Below, piece by piece: positions 24,131 through 37,378 of a stretch of DNA of 64,000 nucleotides. The stretch comes from Octopus sinensis (lineage: Eukaryota). Location: the NCBI RefSeq assembly GCF_006345805.1, contig NC_042997.1:72726001-72790000 (forward strand), written 5' to 3'. The position numbers were made by a program, and so were the translations under genes. Position 1 is the first letter of the stretch. Each line of letters opens with the position of its first letter. The notes under the pieces are model-generated. The model was not told the origin of the DNA and did no database searches. It saw nothing but the letters and a program-made list of their open reading frames with translations.

Positions 24131-25342
24131 CTAGAATTTGCAAAGCATCAGATAGAACATTTCCTGTATGTAGTTATGAAGCTTACGTCAAACTTCGGCG
24201 ATTGGGTCAACCAAAATAAGTAACTCTTCGCGCACTTCGTAGCGATCATCATTAATATTATTTAGAGGGTGTTGAAGAGGTAGAATCGGTAGGTCACTGG
24301 TCAAAATGCCTTGAGGTATTTAGTTACGTCATTTTAAGTTCTGAGTTCAAATCACAACACAGTCTACCAGTATCTATAAAATTACTGGCAATTATTTACT
24401 AGAGTAGACTCAATTGACTATGTTTTTCCTACACAGCTTTGACATTCTTCATATTTGCTCAGTAAAATATGACAGTGACATTAGACTCTAATTGCTCCCC
24501 TTCAAACAATGTCTTAAGTCAATGTAAGGCATCGTTAACACCATTCACACTTATTAAACATGAAGTAGACTTCTCCCAGTTTGCGCATATTATATAAATT
24601 TTATACTGCTATAATGTACTATGCTTTGCGGGAGATGGCAGGGAAGTAGTCATTGATGAGAATGAGACAGATCTTTTTCTGTCCGCAGAGAGAGAATGTT
24701 TGAGGTGTAATCACTAAGTTTGCTAAAAACTCGAACAATTAAGCCTTGCTTTACATTTCAAATTGTCCTAAACAAATGCTGAAAAATGAACTGCTAATTA
24801 ATTACCTAATTACATTGCCAGTACTTGCTTCACCGTGCAGTTTAGACAATTGAATTCTATCCAAGTTTGTGTATACTATAAACATCTACAGGCTATTGAT
24901 CTTTCTGCGGGTAGAAAGTATATAAGCAATCTCTGCTGAGTGATTGAATTACTGGGCACAGAGAGAAAAAAAGCCAGTCATGTAACCACATGATTTACTT
25001 TAGAAAACACACAAATATTATTTACCCTACATTTCAAATTATCTTTAATAAACGTTGTATAGCACTGTATGAATCTTTCTCCTTTGTCACCTCACCAGCT
25101 AACTTTATGTCTGTCAAAATTTCTTGCCAATAGAATAAGAGCCGGCTTCTAACCTAGATCCAAGGCCTCTTCACTGGAATTTCAGCATCAACGACAGGGT
25201 ATTTTTGTATGTATGTATGTATGTATGTATGTATGTATGTATGTATGTATGTATGTATGTATGTATGTATGTATGTATGTATGTATGTATGTATGTATGT
25301 ATGTATGTATGTATGTATGTATGTATGTATGTATGTATGTGT

Positions 25343-25642
25343 GTAGATTTGTATGTTTTGTTATATGTGTGTATTCTCATGCATATAGTTGCATATATAG
25401 ACATTGCTCATATATATTTAAATGATAAACTTCTTGAAGGCTTAACAGATTTTTGCAGTTACAATGATGGATTGGATCTGTAGTCTTCGAATTAGCTTTC
25501 TTCTTTCTGGTTTTGAGAAGCCTAATTTCTCAAGATTGGTATTAAGGCAGTGTGTTACATATCTCAGAGCCTCAATAATCGCAGGTATAAACATGAATTT
25601 GTAATCTGGATAGAGTAAATGCAGATTTCTCAATAGTTCAGC
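25343..25642 (-). mobile_element. 3' end of a second RLE-type (R4/Dong-like) LINE family embedded in (TACA)n
   Basis: AELLRNLHLLYPDYKFMFIPAIIEALRYV..LEKLGFS..LQIQSIIVTAKIC is an RLE C-terminus. (TATG)n lies on both sides (25208-25340, 25645-25830). Confidence 0.7.
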
Positions 25643-25765
25643 GTGTATGTATGTATGTATGTATGTATGTATGTATGTATGTATGTATACGTGTGTGTAT
25701 ATATGTATGTAGGTGTGTGTGTGTGTATGTATGTATGTATGTATGTATGTATGTATGTATGTATG

Positions 25766-25796
<31 letters not shown>

Positions 25797-25832
25797 GTAA
25801 GTAAGTAAGTATGTATGTATGTATGTATGCAT

Positions 25833-26150
25833 GTGACGCGTGGCTTAGTGGTTGGGATATTCGATTGACGAATGGAAGGTCGTGAGTTCAATTCCCGGCG
25901 ACGCGTTGTGTCCTTCAGCAAGATACTTTATTTTCACATTGCTCCAATCCACTCAGCTGGCAAAATGAGTAGTACATGTACTTCAAAGGACCAGCCTTGT
26001 CACACTCCGTCTCACGCTGAATCTCCTTGAGAACTACGTTATGGGTACACTTGTCTGTGGAGTGCTCAACCACTTATACGTTAATTTCACGAGCAGGCTG
26101 TTGCGTTGATCGTATCAGCTGGGACCCTTGTCGTCGTAAAGGACGGAGTG
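25833..26150 (+). mobile_element. tRNA-derived SINE (OK-like)
   Basis: A box TGGCTTAGTGG and B box GAGTTCAATTCC, then TTGTGTCCTTCAGCAAGATACTTTATTTTCAC core shared with copies at 47625 and 48280. Confidence 0.8.
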
Positions 26151-26325
26151 CTCTTTTATGTATGTATGTTTGTATACGTGTGTGTATATATGTATGTAGG
26201 TGTGTGTGTGTGTATTTGCGGAAGCAAGAAGAATGCTTATCACGTATTATAGAGTTTTAACCTTATACAACAGAAACACACACGCACGCACATTCACACA
26301 CTCAAACACGCACACACACACACAC

Positions 26326-26371
<46 letters not shown>

Positions 26372-26396
26372 ACACACACACACACACACTATGTGT

Positions 26397-26423
26397 GAAA
26401 CTATGCAGAAACTTGTCATATAT

Positions 26424-26493
<70 letters not shown>

Positions 26494-26514
26494 GACAAGT
26501 TTCTGCATAGTTTC
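26397..26514. repeat. 22-bp perfect inverted repeat enclosing a (TA)n tract
   Basis: GAAACTATGCAGAAACTTGTCA (26397-418) and TGACAAGTTTCTGCATAGTTTC (26493-514). Confidence 0.95.
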
Positions 26515-26581
26515 CATCATATTCTCATAATGTCACTAAAAGAAAAGTTTATTGATTAAAAAATACTTTTATATTTTTCAG

Positions 26582-26725
26582 AGCTCTATGACAGTTTTTC
26601 GCTTTTTGATCGAAATGGGGATGGTGTGATCAGTATAGATGAACTTGGAACAGTAATGATGTCACTAGGTCAAAGACCCACGAGAGACGAGTTACGGGCC
26701 TTGCTTCACAGCGTCGATATGAACC
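26582..26725 (+). CDS. Calmodulin-like exon, EF-hand 1 and start of EF-hand 2
   Basis: 144 bp, phase 1-1, tttttcAG / GTAAGT. Reads ELYDSFSLFDRNGDGVISIDELGTVMMSLGQRPTRDELRALLHSVDMN. Same size and phase as calmodulin exon 3. Confidence 0.95.
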
Positions 26726-28447
26726 GTAAGTAAAAATTCCTTTGTGTTGCTTTTAAATCCTGCATTGTTTTCTACATAGCTTTTCATTCCTCTGAAGCCA
26801 ATAAAAGATGAACCAGACGCACTACACTATCGCTACAAAATAGCATTGTTCCAATACGAAAGAAATACAAGTATTATGGCAGTATTTTGTTTACTGTCGC
26901 TGATGTTTAATCCTGTGTTTGCCCAAATCCAAACTTTTGTTCATAGTTTTCCAGCCGCGACTATCCTGTCTTTCTCTTTTGTGCAAGAAATCTAGAACTA
27001 CATAATCTAATATGGTTTGTGGGGTGTGATTTGAGAGAGATTTGGTTGCTATTTCTAGCAGATTAAATGAGCCCTTGTAAGCTTCTTTTTTGTAGATGTT
27101 GTAATGGTAGTTTTGGGTATCATTCTTTTCAAAACCACTTCACCTAGAAATTTTTAATATTGACACAAGGTTACAAAGGTATTACAAGAGAGAAGAACAG
27201 ATAACATTTAGCACCGTTTTGGTACATATGATAAACAGACAGAATGGGTCATTGAAGTATTTGAACATGTCGACATATTCCATCTCAATCACAATTTTTT
27301 AATTAATTCTTTTTAACTAAACAGTTTGAAACTTCGAATACTGGTAGAATTTCTCATGTAGAACACAGTTTGCTGTGAGCGTTTTTGACAAAAAATCGTA
27401 TTTTAGAAGTTATTTCGTGTTAAAGCTGTCGTATTTGGGTAATTTCAGCCAATCAACGACGTGTATTCGGTTGAAGGAAGCTACTGTTGTTTGCAATAGT
27501 AATCGAAGAGGAACAACTTCCGGATCTAAATGTCACCACTCTGTTCTATAATAGTTATATAAATGGATGATAGCAATAACACATAGAAATTCTCCCTCAT
27601 ATGATTTTATACAGTATATATTTTTTAATGTATTTAAGGATCCTTAAACGAGATAGTAATCAAGAAAGATCAAGAAACACGAAAGCCTTATACACCCTCC
27701 ATCCTGAACATATGCAATCTTCCGATTCCTATACGAGATGAAATGAGGAACGTCGATTCTTTTATCCGCTGATTTAGATATTTCGTAAAATTTACTAAAT
27801 GCCTTTTTCTACTCTCGCCTTTGACCCTTTGTTTCAAGTGGCACAAGAAGTTGATTGGAAGACCACCGAGAAAGAAAAACCTTTTGTTTAGCTTTTCCCC
27901 ACTTTCAACAATGACGTTTAACCAGAGAAAATTACCTCCCCTTGCAAGACAAATGTTGGCGGCTGGACATTTCAGTAAATTCATATAATAACCAAATCCT
28001 TCCTACCTGCACGAACGGCAGTTTACGCCATTCACTAACATTCCGCTAACCTTTCACATTCTGTTGAAGATTAGCTGAGTGCCACTCACAGTGTTGTGGT
28101 ATTTCCATAATTTACTAGTTTACGGGCGAATCGCGAAGTAAATATGCAAATTCATACAAGCATTTTATGTGTAGGCTCATAGAAGACGTATTTTATTGGC
28201 CAAATCTCTATTATGTTTTCTAAAAAAATCCCTAATAGCTGTCTATATTTATGTCAGTAAGTTTATTGTTTTGTCTTTTAAACTTTTGTTATCTATTTGA
28301 CGTACTTTGTTATTTTCCCTGCTGTTTTCTTTTTCTGGTTCTGTTTTACATTTGGGTTCTGTTTCCATATCTCTTATCAATGTTTTCATTAATCTCTTAT
28401 ACATTTCATAATTCTACTTTGGAACGTTTGTGGATTCCTACTTCAAG

Positions 28448-28623
28448 ACAGTGGAAACATTGACTTCGGTGAATTTCTGGATATATTTGCTAGAAAACTG
28501 AACATCGATCCTGAAAAAGAATTGTACGAGGTTTTCTGCGTTTTTGACCAAAATAAGGACGGCTTCATTTCAGCTATGGAACTATTTGAAGTTCTGTCAC
28601 GACTAGGTGAACATATCACTAAG
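28448..28623 (+). CDS. Calmodulin-like exon, end of EF-hand 2 and EF-hand 3
   Basis: 176 bp, cttcaAG / GTTAGT. Reads HSGNIDFGEFLDIFARKLNIDPEKELYEVFCVFDQNKDGFISAMELFEVLSRLGEHITK. Confidence 0.93.
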
Positions 28624-29019
28624 GTTAGTTATATCATCTTAGAGGTTTCCTTTGTTTTTCGCACCAATTTATAATTCAAAATAAGTGCACTAAAATACTT
28701 GAACGCTCTTCTTTCTCTTTCTTTGTTCTCTCTCCCTTACACATACGCTAACACATGTACATATACAAATATTTGTGTGTGTGTATGTGTGTGTGTATGT
28801 GTGCGTGTGTGTATATGTGTGTATATGTGTGTGTGTGTGTATGTCAGGTCACTGATAAGGCCAAAAGAGACCGAAATCACGTGATCTGGTAGTCCTGGCA
28901 GCGGAAGTAGTGGTGATTTTCTGCCGCTGACGATAACTATGATGTACGTTAAAACCATATAAGAGGTTTTAGCTCTTGGTAAATATCGCAATATTTGTGT
29001 GATCCGCTTTTAAGTGGTG

Positions 29020-29906
29020 TAGGAGGTGTACCCAAAAGACACCGGAAATTTGCAACATTATTTCATTCACTTGGTTTTTACATTTTATCACCTTCAAAGT
29101 AGTCTCTATTTGAAGCAAAGCATCGGTCCAGGCGCGTTTTCCACTCTTCGAAGCAGTGCTGGAACTCTTTTGCAAAGTGATACCTTTTAAAGCCTCCGTT
29201 GTTTTCCCCTTCACCTCTTCCACATCTGCAAATTTTGGTGTACTAGCTTTCGTCACCAGTGATAACCTTCAAAAATAAAAGTCCGGATCAACTTCCAACT
29301 GTTTTTCAGTTCACGACAAGCATTCAGTCATTACTGCTATTGATCTTCCGTGAGCAAGCGAGAAACAAATTTTACTGCAACTCTTTTCATTTGCAACTCC
29401 TCGTTCAAAATTCGTTGGCAAGAGCTTCAGGACACACTGATCATATCAACAAGTTCGTCACTTGTTCGGTGACGGTCCCCCAAGTTCATGATTGTTCATG
29501 TTTTCATTCGTTCGGGAGGTCGACTGTCGCCCTGAACGAGATTGGTCTTCAAGCGACAGTGACCATTCATAAAGCGTGGAAATCAATCGTAGACTTGTAT
29601 TTTGCTCATGGCAGCGTCCTTGTAAACTGTCTGAAGCAGGACAACTATTTCAGCCATCGTTTGACCCAGCAGAAATCAGAATTTTACGGAAGTACGCTGC
29701 TCCTTCGTTTCAGCCATCGCAAATATGGAAGGAACACGGCAAAACAAAGACGCATCATGTGGTAATGCGACTTCGCCTGACGACACCAATCAGCAGATAG
29801 ATGCCTGAGAGTTGCATCATGTGGCTTCTAGCGGTAGACGCCTGAACGACAAAGGGTTTGTCTCACAGAGAGCGTTTCCGGTTACTTTTGGTTTCCTCCT
29901 CTCGTA
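29020..29906 (-). mobile_element. Internally deleted mariner with degenerate TIRs
   Basis: N-terminus MAETKEQRTSVKF...SLEDQSRSGR; C-terminus FADVEEVKGKTTEALKGI...CFEEWKTRLDRC. The ends GGAGGTGTACCCAAAAGACACCGGAA and TTCCGGTTACTTTTGGTTTCCTCC are related; TA flanks. Confidence 0.8.
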
Positions 29907-30301
29907 CATTTTTACCTTTTGGTATTAATACCGCCTTTTACAACATATATATATATATATATATATACCCCTCTGCGAAAAGATCTCAAAATTTTAATTG
30001 ATTTGCTTTTCGCAGGAAGGAAAGTTTCTTGTCGAAGATACGTCTCGCTTTCACCTTCGAAACGTAGAGTAGATGAAACCATAGCGACTGAAGAAGGTTT
30101 TTTTTCTTTGTGTTAATTGTCCTGTACTCTATTTTTTTGTTGATAAAAAATGTCCAGTTCCTTGGGTTTGTGTCTATGTTTTCGTTTCTCATTGTGTTCG
30201 ACGTCTTTTTGGTGTCCTGTACTCATATATGCGTGTATATGTACATGTAGAGGTAGGTACGTACATATATGTTTATATATATGCATATGTTTTATTTATT
30301 A

Positions 30302-30377
<76 letters not shown>

Positions 30378-30439
30378 ATTACAGAGTGGAAGATAAATAT
30401 TAGTGATTACAAAAATGCAAAAACTGTTAACCTCACTTT

Positions 30440-31031
30440 CATCATTTTTGCACGTGGTCGCACCGACTGCGACCTGGTCTTTAGTACGGTTTTAATGCAA
30501 CTCTTGCTTCCCACACTCTCGCTCCCCCACACCGAAATACCCCAACTCTACCACACCACATCACACACCACCATACCACACCACATCACACCACACCACA
30601 TCACACCACCCCGTGCACACTAGCAGTGACCACTTCCCAGCACCTACACCGTCATCCACACACCTACACATGCACACACGCACAAGTCAGTGTCACTAGT
30701 CCCCTTCCACAAGCACATACACGCTCTCACATACACTACTTTATTATCTCAAGAGAGTGTGTACATGCTCCACATATAATAGTCTGATGGATTGATACCT
30801 GGGGAATTAGGAGGCCAAATTTTGGGGGTTATATGATCATGAAAATTTTCAGCCATCCATTCTCTTGTGTGACCCCTCTGTCCGGCATTCGCCATGATAG
30901 ATCTCTTGTCACGAAACCTTTTTATATTTTCTCTCCCTGTTTATTTCTGTGTTCCTTTTTGTCGATGAGCGTAGGCTCGAAACGTTAAATACTTTCTCAC
31001 CCGTCTTCGTCTTTTGTTTTTTTGTAAATTC

Positions 31032-31035
<4 letters not shown>
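30440..31035 (+). mobile_element. Penelope-like 3' tail with degenerate minimal hammerhead motif
   Basis: CA/CT-rich tail, then TCGATGA-GC-GTAG-GCTC-GAAAC-GT (30962-30985). The core differs from CTGANGA at two positions. Confidence 0.5.
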
Positions 31036-31102
<67 letters not shown>

Positions 31103-31109
31103 GTACGTA

Positions 31110-31217
<108 letters not shown>

Positions 31218-31426
31218 GCATATATACCTACACGCACACACGTGTGTGTGTGTTAATTACCGGCCGATTGACCTGTCTTCTAAATACCAAAGGTATAAAT
31301 GGTTAGTATATTTAGATGTCAAGCCGCTACAGTAACCGAATGTAATTTGATGAAATTTTCTTAGCATTTAATTATAATTTTATTTCAAATGTTATTACTG
31401 AATTCTTATTTTGTATCCATTTTCAG

Positions 31427-31490
31427 GACGAAGTAGAAGTAATGGTAAAAGAAGCAGATTTAAACGGTGACGGTCAGGTTGACTATAACG
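31427..31490 (+). CDS. Calmodulin-like exon, EF-hand 4
   Basis: 64 bp, ttttcAG / GTAAGT. Reads DEVEVMVKEADLNGDGQVDYN(E). Confidence 0.95.
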
Positions 31491-31694
31491 GTAAGTAATG
31501 AGTGGAATTAATTTCACTAGTCGAAGAACTATAGAATCTGCTCTTCCAGATTTTCGCGAAATGTTTCTTAATTCGATAATAATAAATCTCAAGATTAAGA
31601 CGATCTCTTCGAAACGGAGCATCCAGTGTTTTGAGAGTGAAATTTGGAACGCAGAAATTATACTAGAAGGTGTTGGACGTGTGTGTATGCATGC

Positions 31695-31750
<56 letters not shown>

Positions 31751-31763
31751 GTATAGAGAGAAA

Positions 31764-32740
31764 AAGAGAGTGTGTACATGCTCCACATATAATAGTCTGA
31801 TGGATTGATACCTGGGGAATTAGGAGGCCAAATTTTGGGGGTTATATGATCATGAAAATTTTCAGCCATCCATTCCTGTGTTATTATAGCCATGTGTGAT
31901 AGCGCAGAGTCTTACTGAAACACATATGGCCTTCAATTGCATATACTGTCTATACAGGGCTTAGCAATTATTTCCAGGACCTCAATGTAGTCGGCGGAGT
32001 TAACTCTAAGGCTTTGTGGAAAGAAGTAAGGAGAATCACATATCCTTTATTGCTGACAACCCTTAAAACCATGATGGTTGCAGGAAAGTTTGTATGCACA
32101 ACACTTGGAACTTCAGAAGGGTCTGCATATAAACCTCTGTCATTTCTTCTGTCTTGGTCGAAGTTTTTCTCGTTTGAGAAAAACCAAATCAAATCATCTT
32201 CTGCTGGATTTTTCAGTTTGTTTAAGGACCTTTTAGATCTGATGTAGTGGTTTTCTTATGCTTTTTCTTACAAACTGACCATTCCTCATCATATAAGACT
32301 TATATCTGATGTCTTCACGGACAACAGTTCTGACTGTTCCTTCTGACACATGGAAATCGTTTGCAATTGACTTCATGGACTTTCTGGGATTGTAATCAAT
32401 GGTCTGTTGAACTTGCTGGATAAATTCAAGTGTTCTGAGGATTTCAGAGTGTTTAGATTTCTTTTTATGCTTTCATACTGGTGATATATTTTCATCTTCA
32501 GTCTCTAGCTCCTTACAAACTTTGTAGACGAAAGATCTGGCAACTTTTAAAAATCGAGATATTTCTAAATCACTATGTTCAGCCTTTATAACCACAATAC
32601 CAGCATGCCTCTTCATTTCTTGAATAAGCTGAGGATCTGCCATTATTATTTTCTGAAACAAAGATTATACAGAGTTAGCAAAAAATGCACCAATGACTCA
32701 AAAAAGGTATGTCCTCGAATACCTTACGCACCCTGTATAT
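31764..32740 (-). mobile_element. Tc1/mariner-superfamily (maT/DD37D-like) transposase remnant
   Basis: MKRHAGIVVIKAEHSDLEISRFLKV (HTH), IWFFSNEKNFDQD, DSALSH and WPPNSPGINPSDYYMW motifs, in order. Confidence 0.8.
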
Positions 32741-32758
32741 GTAATATATATATATAAT

Positions 32759-32803
<45 letters not shown>

Positions 32804-32914
32804 TATATTGTGATGTCCTGTACTCACGTATAATTATTTATATATGCTTGTATATATACATGTAGATGTAGGTACGTACATATATGTTTGTATGTATGCA
32901 TATATTTTTATTTA

Positions 32915-33009
<95 letters not shown>

Positions 33010-33049
33010 ATAATATGTGTGTGTGTGTGTGTGTATGTATTTATGTATG

Positions 33050-33232
33050 TAAAGGGTTTGTACCCCACCACCACTTGAGAACCCGTGTTGGTGTATTTAC
33101 GTCCCCAAAAGAAACCATTAGAATAAGTATTAGGCTTAAGATATAAGTCCTGGGGTCGATTTGTTCGACTAAAACTCTTCAAGGCTGTGTCCAGCATGGT
33201 CGCAGTCAAATGACTGAAACAAGTAAAAGAAT
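33050..33232 (+). mobile_element. SINE 3' fragment
   Basis: GGGGTCGATTTGTTCGAC...CCAGCATGGTCGCAGTCAAATGACTGAAACAAGTAAAAGAATA. Related pieces lie at 40510-40630 (+) and 59395-59545 (-). Confidence 0.7.
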
Positions 33233-33252
33233 ATAGGCTTACATATATACAT

Positions 33253-33315
<63 letters not shown>

Positions 33316-33321
33316 TGTGTG

Positions 33322-33358
<37 letters not shown>

Positions 33359-33644
33359 AAATCATATAATGGTGTATCTTGAAGCGAATATAGCAATAAA
33401 TAATATCATGCAATATAGTGGATAGAAAAAAAATAAAACGGGACGAAAATGGGGGAATAAGAGGAAAGGAGAAGGGAGAATGGATGAGAAACTGAAGAAG
33501 AGGAATCAAAGAAGCAACGTTTTATTAAGATTTTACTATTTTTTGTTATAAACTTGTCAACTATTTTTATGTGATTTAAAAAAATCATTATTTAAGATTA
33601 TTTATTGATATCTTAACATTTCTTTCTTTTCTACTTCATTACAG

Positions 33645-33694
33645 AATTCAAATCTATTCTCAGTGGGAATAAAAGTTCAGTATCAGATGCATAA
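33645..33694 (+). CDS. Calmodulin-like terminal coding exon (EFKSILSGNKSSVSDA*)
   Basis: Long pyrimidine tract plus ttacAG. Phase 1 completes the EF4 position-12 Glu; TAA at 33692-94. Candidate AATAAA at 33830. Confidence 0.9.
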
Positions 33695-33761
33695 CGGCAG
33701 GCTGATTCGGAATTCTTTTGAAAATTTATACCTGAGACTTGACAGGATAATTAATCATCTG

Positions 33762-33794
<33 letters not shown>

Positions 33795-34505
33795 GTCTCT
33801 CTCTCTCTCTCTCTCTCGCTCTCTAAAGGAATAAACGATTATCTTCTTAACTTCATTAACTTAGAGCTGCTTCTGCTACAATATGCAGTGGACTCATAGC
33901 TGAGTGTCTGAGTAACACTTTACACTGTAGATTTATCGGAACCTTGAATATGAACGTATATGAAATTAGCAGTCAACTAATACAAGAATTATGAAATATG
34001 AACTTTACTTCAGAACGATAAACAAATTATGCCATTTGCTTAACTCTCTCTAGACAACTCTCTATGGCAATCTCTATAGGTGGCCATGCATTTCTCTTAC
34101 TACAGAATATTTTGATTTCTCATTGAAATAGGAAGATGCATTTAAAGCGAAGAGTATTAGATTGACCTCATACAGGTAGATTATTTGGGTATTTATAAAG
34201 TACGAAAGGAATTTAAATAAATTAATTTTCACTTCGGTACAGGCCATAAATTGTCATTTTGGGTGCATATTTTATTGGCAATTGCATGATTTGAACACTA
34301 AATTCAGATGTGTGGAATTAAATACAGAATATCATTTGATGTAATGCTCCACTTTTTCAGGAGTGAAACTTGAATAAAGGAATATAACATCAAATACTTT
34401 GTTCCACTGTCATTTAAGAAAGTTAACATTATTTTCTATATTACATAGTATATTACATACAGATGGTCACATATAGCCTGTTTGATGAAGATATACATAC
34501 ATACA

Positions 34506-34536
<31 letters not shown>

Positions 34537-34544
34537 GCACACAA

Positions 34545-35958
34545 ATATATCGAAAAATTCCCGGATTAGTTACTTTAGAAAAAGATAATTTATTTGCCTA
34601 GGTTTTAACCTCTCTTTCGAAATAGTTACCTTGCGAGGCCATACACCGATCCCAGTTTTCCTGCCACTTTTGGGATCTGGCATGGAAGTCGTCTTCCGTG
34701 AACGAGTCGAGTAGCTTATCCGATTCACTCTGGATCTTGACAACGGTGGTAAAACGGTAACGTTTGAGTTGCATGTTTATCTCGAGAGGTCCGCAGGTGC
34801 TAAATCTGGCGAATAAGGCGGGTGCAGAAGCGATACAATGTTTTAGTGAGAAACTCACGAGGAGGGCTCGGTGATAGGGTGCATTGTCGTCTGAAGAATC
34901 GTTAGCACGCCGGGCAAAATACTTAGCGGTATTTCCTTCGGTCTTTACATTCTGAGTTCAAATTCCACCGAGGTCGATTTTGCCTTTTTATCCTTTCGAG
35001 GTCGATAAAATAAGTGCTAATCGAGCACTGGGGTCGATGTAATCGGCTTACCCCTCCCACAGATCCAGTCGCTTTTGCCGAATGTCCTCCCTCAAACGCT
35101 TCGAAACGTCGCCGTAGAATTCTCGATTGACGGTCTGGCCCTGGGGGATAAATTCTTGTTCCACAATACCGTGGATACCAAAAGCAAACGATGAACTTGC
35201 TCTTAACTGAGCTGCAGCTCTATCATGCCTTCTTCGGTCTTGGAGATGAAGGTCTTTTCCATTGTGACGACTGCTTCTTCGTTTCAGGGTCGCACCCGTA
35301 GACCCAGTTCTCGTCACCGGTGATGATCCACAACATGAGGATGAGTCATCAACGATACGCTGACGGAGATCGTGACAGACTTCGACGCGATGTTCTTTCT
35401 GCTCAGTGGTCAGTAGGTGGGGTACAAACTTGGCAGAAACACGGCGCATATTCAATTCACACGTTAGGATTGCCTGCACGGGACCACACGACAAACGAAC
35501 AGCATCATCAATTTCGTTGATTGTCATGCACAAGTTAAAGAATTTTTTCCACATTGCCGAGGGTGACGCTCGTAGCAGGGCTTCTAAATCGTTCATCGTC
35601 TTCCAGGGATGTTCTTTCGCTTTTGAAGCGTCAGTGTCACACAAAACATTGCATACGGCTAACTGTCTTGTCACCGTAAGCTTGCCGAAGCATGCTCAAT
35701 GTCTCTGTAGCACACTTCCAAAGTTTAACGCAAAATTTCATGTTGGCTCTTTGTTCCAACTTTCTATCCGTGGCAAAAACAGCATACACGGGATCACAAA
35801 AACACAAATTTCACAACTTGCGAACTAAACACAGCAATTTCACTCAGCACACTGCCTCATGAAGGTTACTGCTAGCTCCCACTGCGCACGCAACTGTGTG
35901 CGGCCATATGTTGACACGCTATAGAACTGGTCTGAGGACATTTTGATATCACCTCGTA
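34545..35958 (-). mobile_element. Decayed mariner interrupted by a SINE
   Basis: ORF 35048-35674 reads LNMRRVSAKFVPHLLTTEQKEHRVEVC..ITGDENW, with C-terminal FQKWQENWDRC. Right TIR ends CACCTCGTA; left TIR partly lost. Confidence 0.85.
34893..35058 (+). mobile_element. tRNA-derived SINE (OR-like) inserted in mariner
   Basis: GAATCGTTAGCACGCCGGGC...GAGTTCAAATTCCACCGAGGTCGATTTTGCC...TGGGGTCGATGTAATCG. Confidence 0.85.
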
Positions 35959-37335
35959 TATATATGTACATTACTTCCACTGCTGCTGCTGCGTTTGAGC
36001 TGCTCTTTGTTTTTTGCAGTTCTAATATGCTTTAAAAAATTGTTGTCGGGGAAGAAGTCTGGGAAGTAAGATGGATGAGGCAATTTTTTCGTTCATTTTC
36101 TTCAGTCATTTGTGAGTTGTTATCGGACGTTACCAAGGAGAGAATTAATCTTTTTCGCATGACCAATATACCAAGTTATACACCATGGTTCTTGGTGTAT
36201 TTTGCCAATTTCCTGACAATTCTTCTTCCCTGAAATATTTGCAGCAGGCATTAAAAAAAACAAAAACAGAGAATCATTCGACCTGCTGACTTCCAAATCA
36301 TAGCTCCTTTCCATGCATTTTTGGTTTGAGAAAATGCTTTGTTGCATCACCTCAGATCATCAACTACGAGAAACGTCGTCTGTTGTACAGAATCTCTTTC
36401 ACGTTACAAGTCACAATGCTATCTATAAACATTATTTTGTTGCGCAAAAGAGGTGCCAAGCAGATTTTAAAAATATCTCTCAGCTTATCTCGCACCTATA
36501 TCTAGAGATTTTCTAACGACTTTCCAGTGTAACTTTTCACATTGTCTGGCGTTAGTCTGCTTCGATAAAGGCCAACAGTTAGTCGTTTTCAATGTAGAAT
36601 TTTGTTCGAGACATACTCCCTCATCAAGCCGTCGTCATCACTTCGACCCTTTTGGGTTATATGATTTTTGACGGCTCCCAGTGCAGTTTCTGTTGGTTCG
36701 TTTTCCATTTTGAATTCATACAATTCGTTTTCATATTCAATTTAACAGACGAAAGGAAAGAAGAATAATCAGCAAAATTAAACGTAGTAGCAAATATTTG
36801 CGTTTACAAATCTCTATTATAAAACATAGTTCAACATAATTGTATTCCTGAATCGCATTCCAGAGTTTAAAAGAGTCATATCCGCAATTATTTTTGCGAC
36901 AACCTGTCGAACATTGAAACAGGGTCATGGATTAAAAGATGCTTGAAATAAATTATGTCTAAATATATGTCATGTAGAATGAACGTGGTCGAAATAATTG
37001 TCAGCATGATTTCAATTGAAAAATGAATAAATGTTCCGTTTGATCGATTAATCTTGCTGGAACAAGTCTAGCATTGGTTACTCTATAATTGCATCACACA
37101 CAACACAAACAATAGAAACCTGATTTACTACTAGAATCATAAAATGCAGCAAACACCGTGACGACGCCCACGATAAAACATGGTGTTCCTGTCAAAACTA
37201 TGACAGTGATCAAAAGTAAATTAATTGCTATCTCTTGTGACCATCTCGTGTTTGCAGTGTGGTTATAGTTTCCCGAGATTTGCGACGTATTGGAGACATG
37301 TGATTTATTGAAGAATTTTATCGTTTGAAGATTTT

Positions 37336-37378
<43 letters not shown>

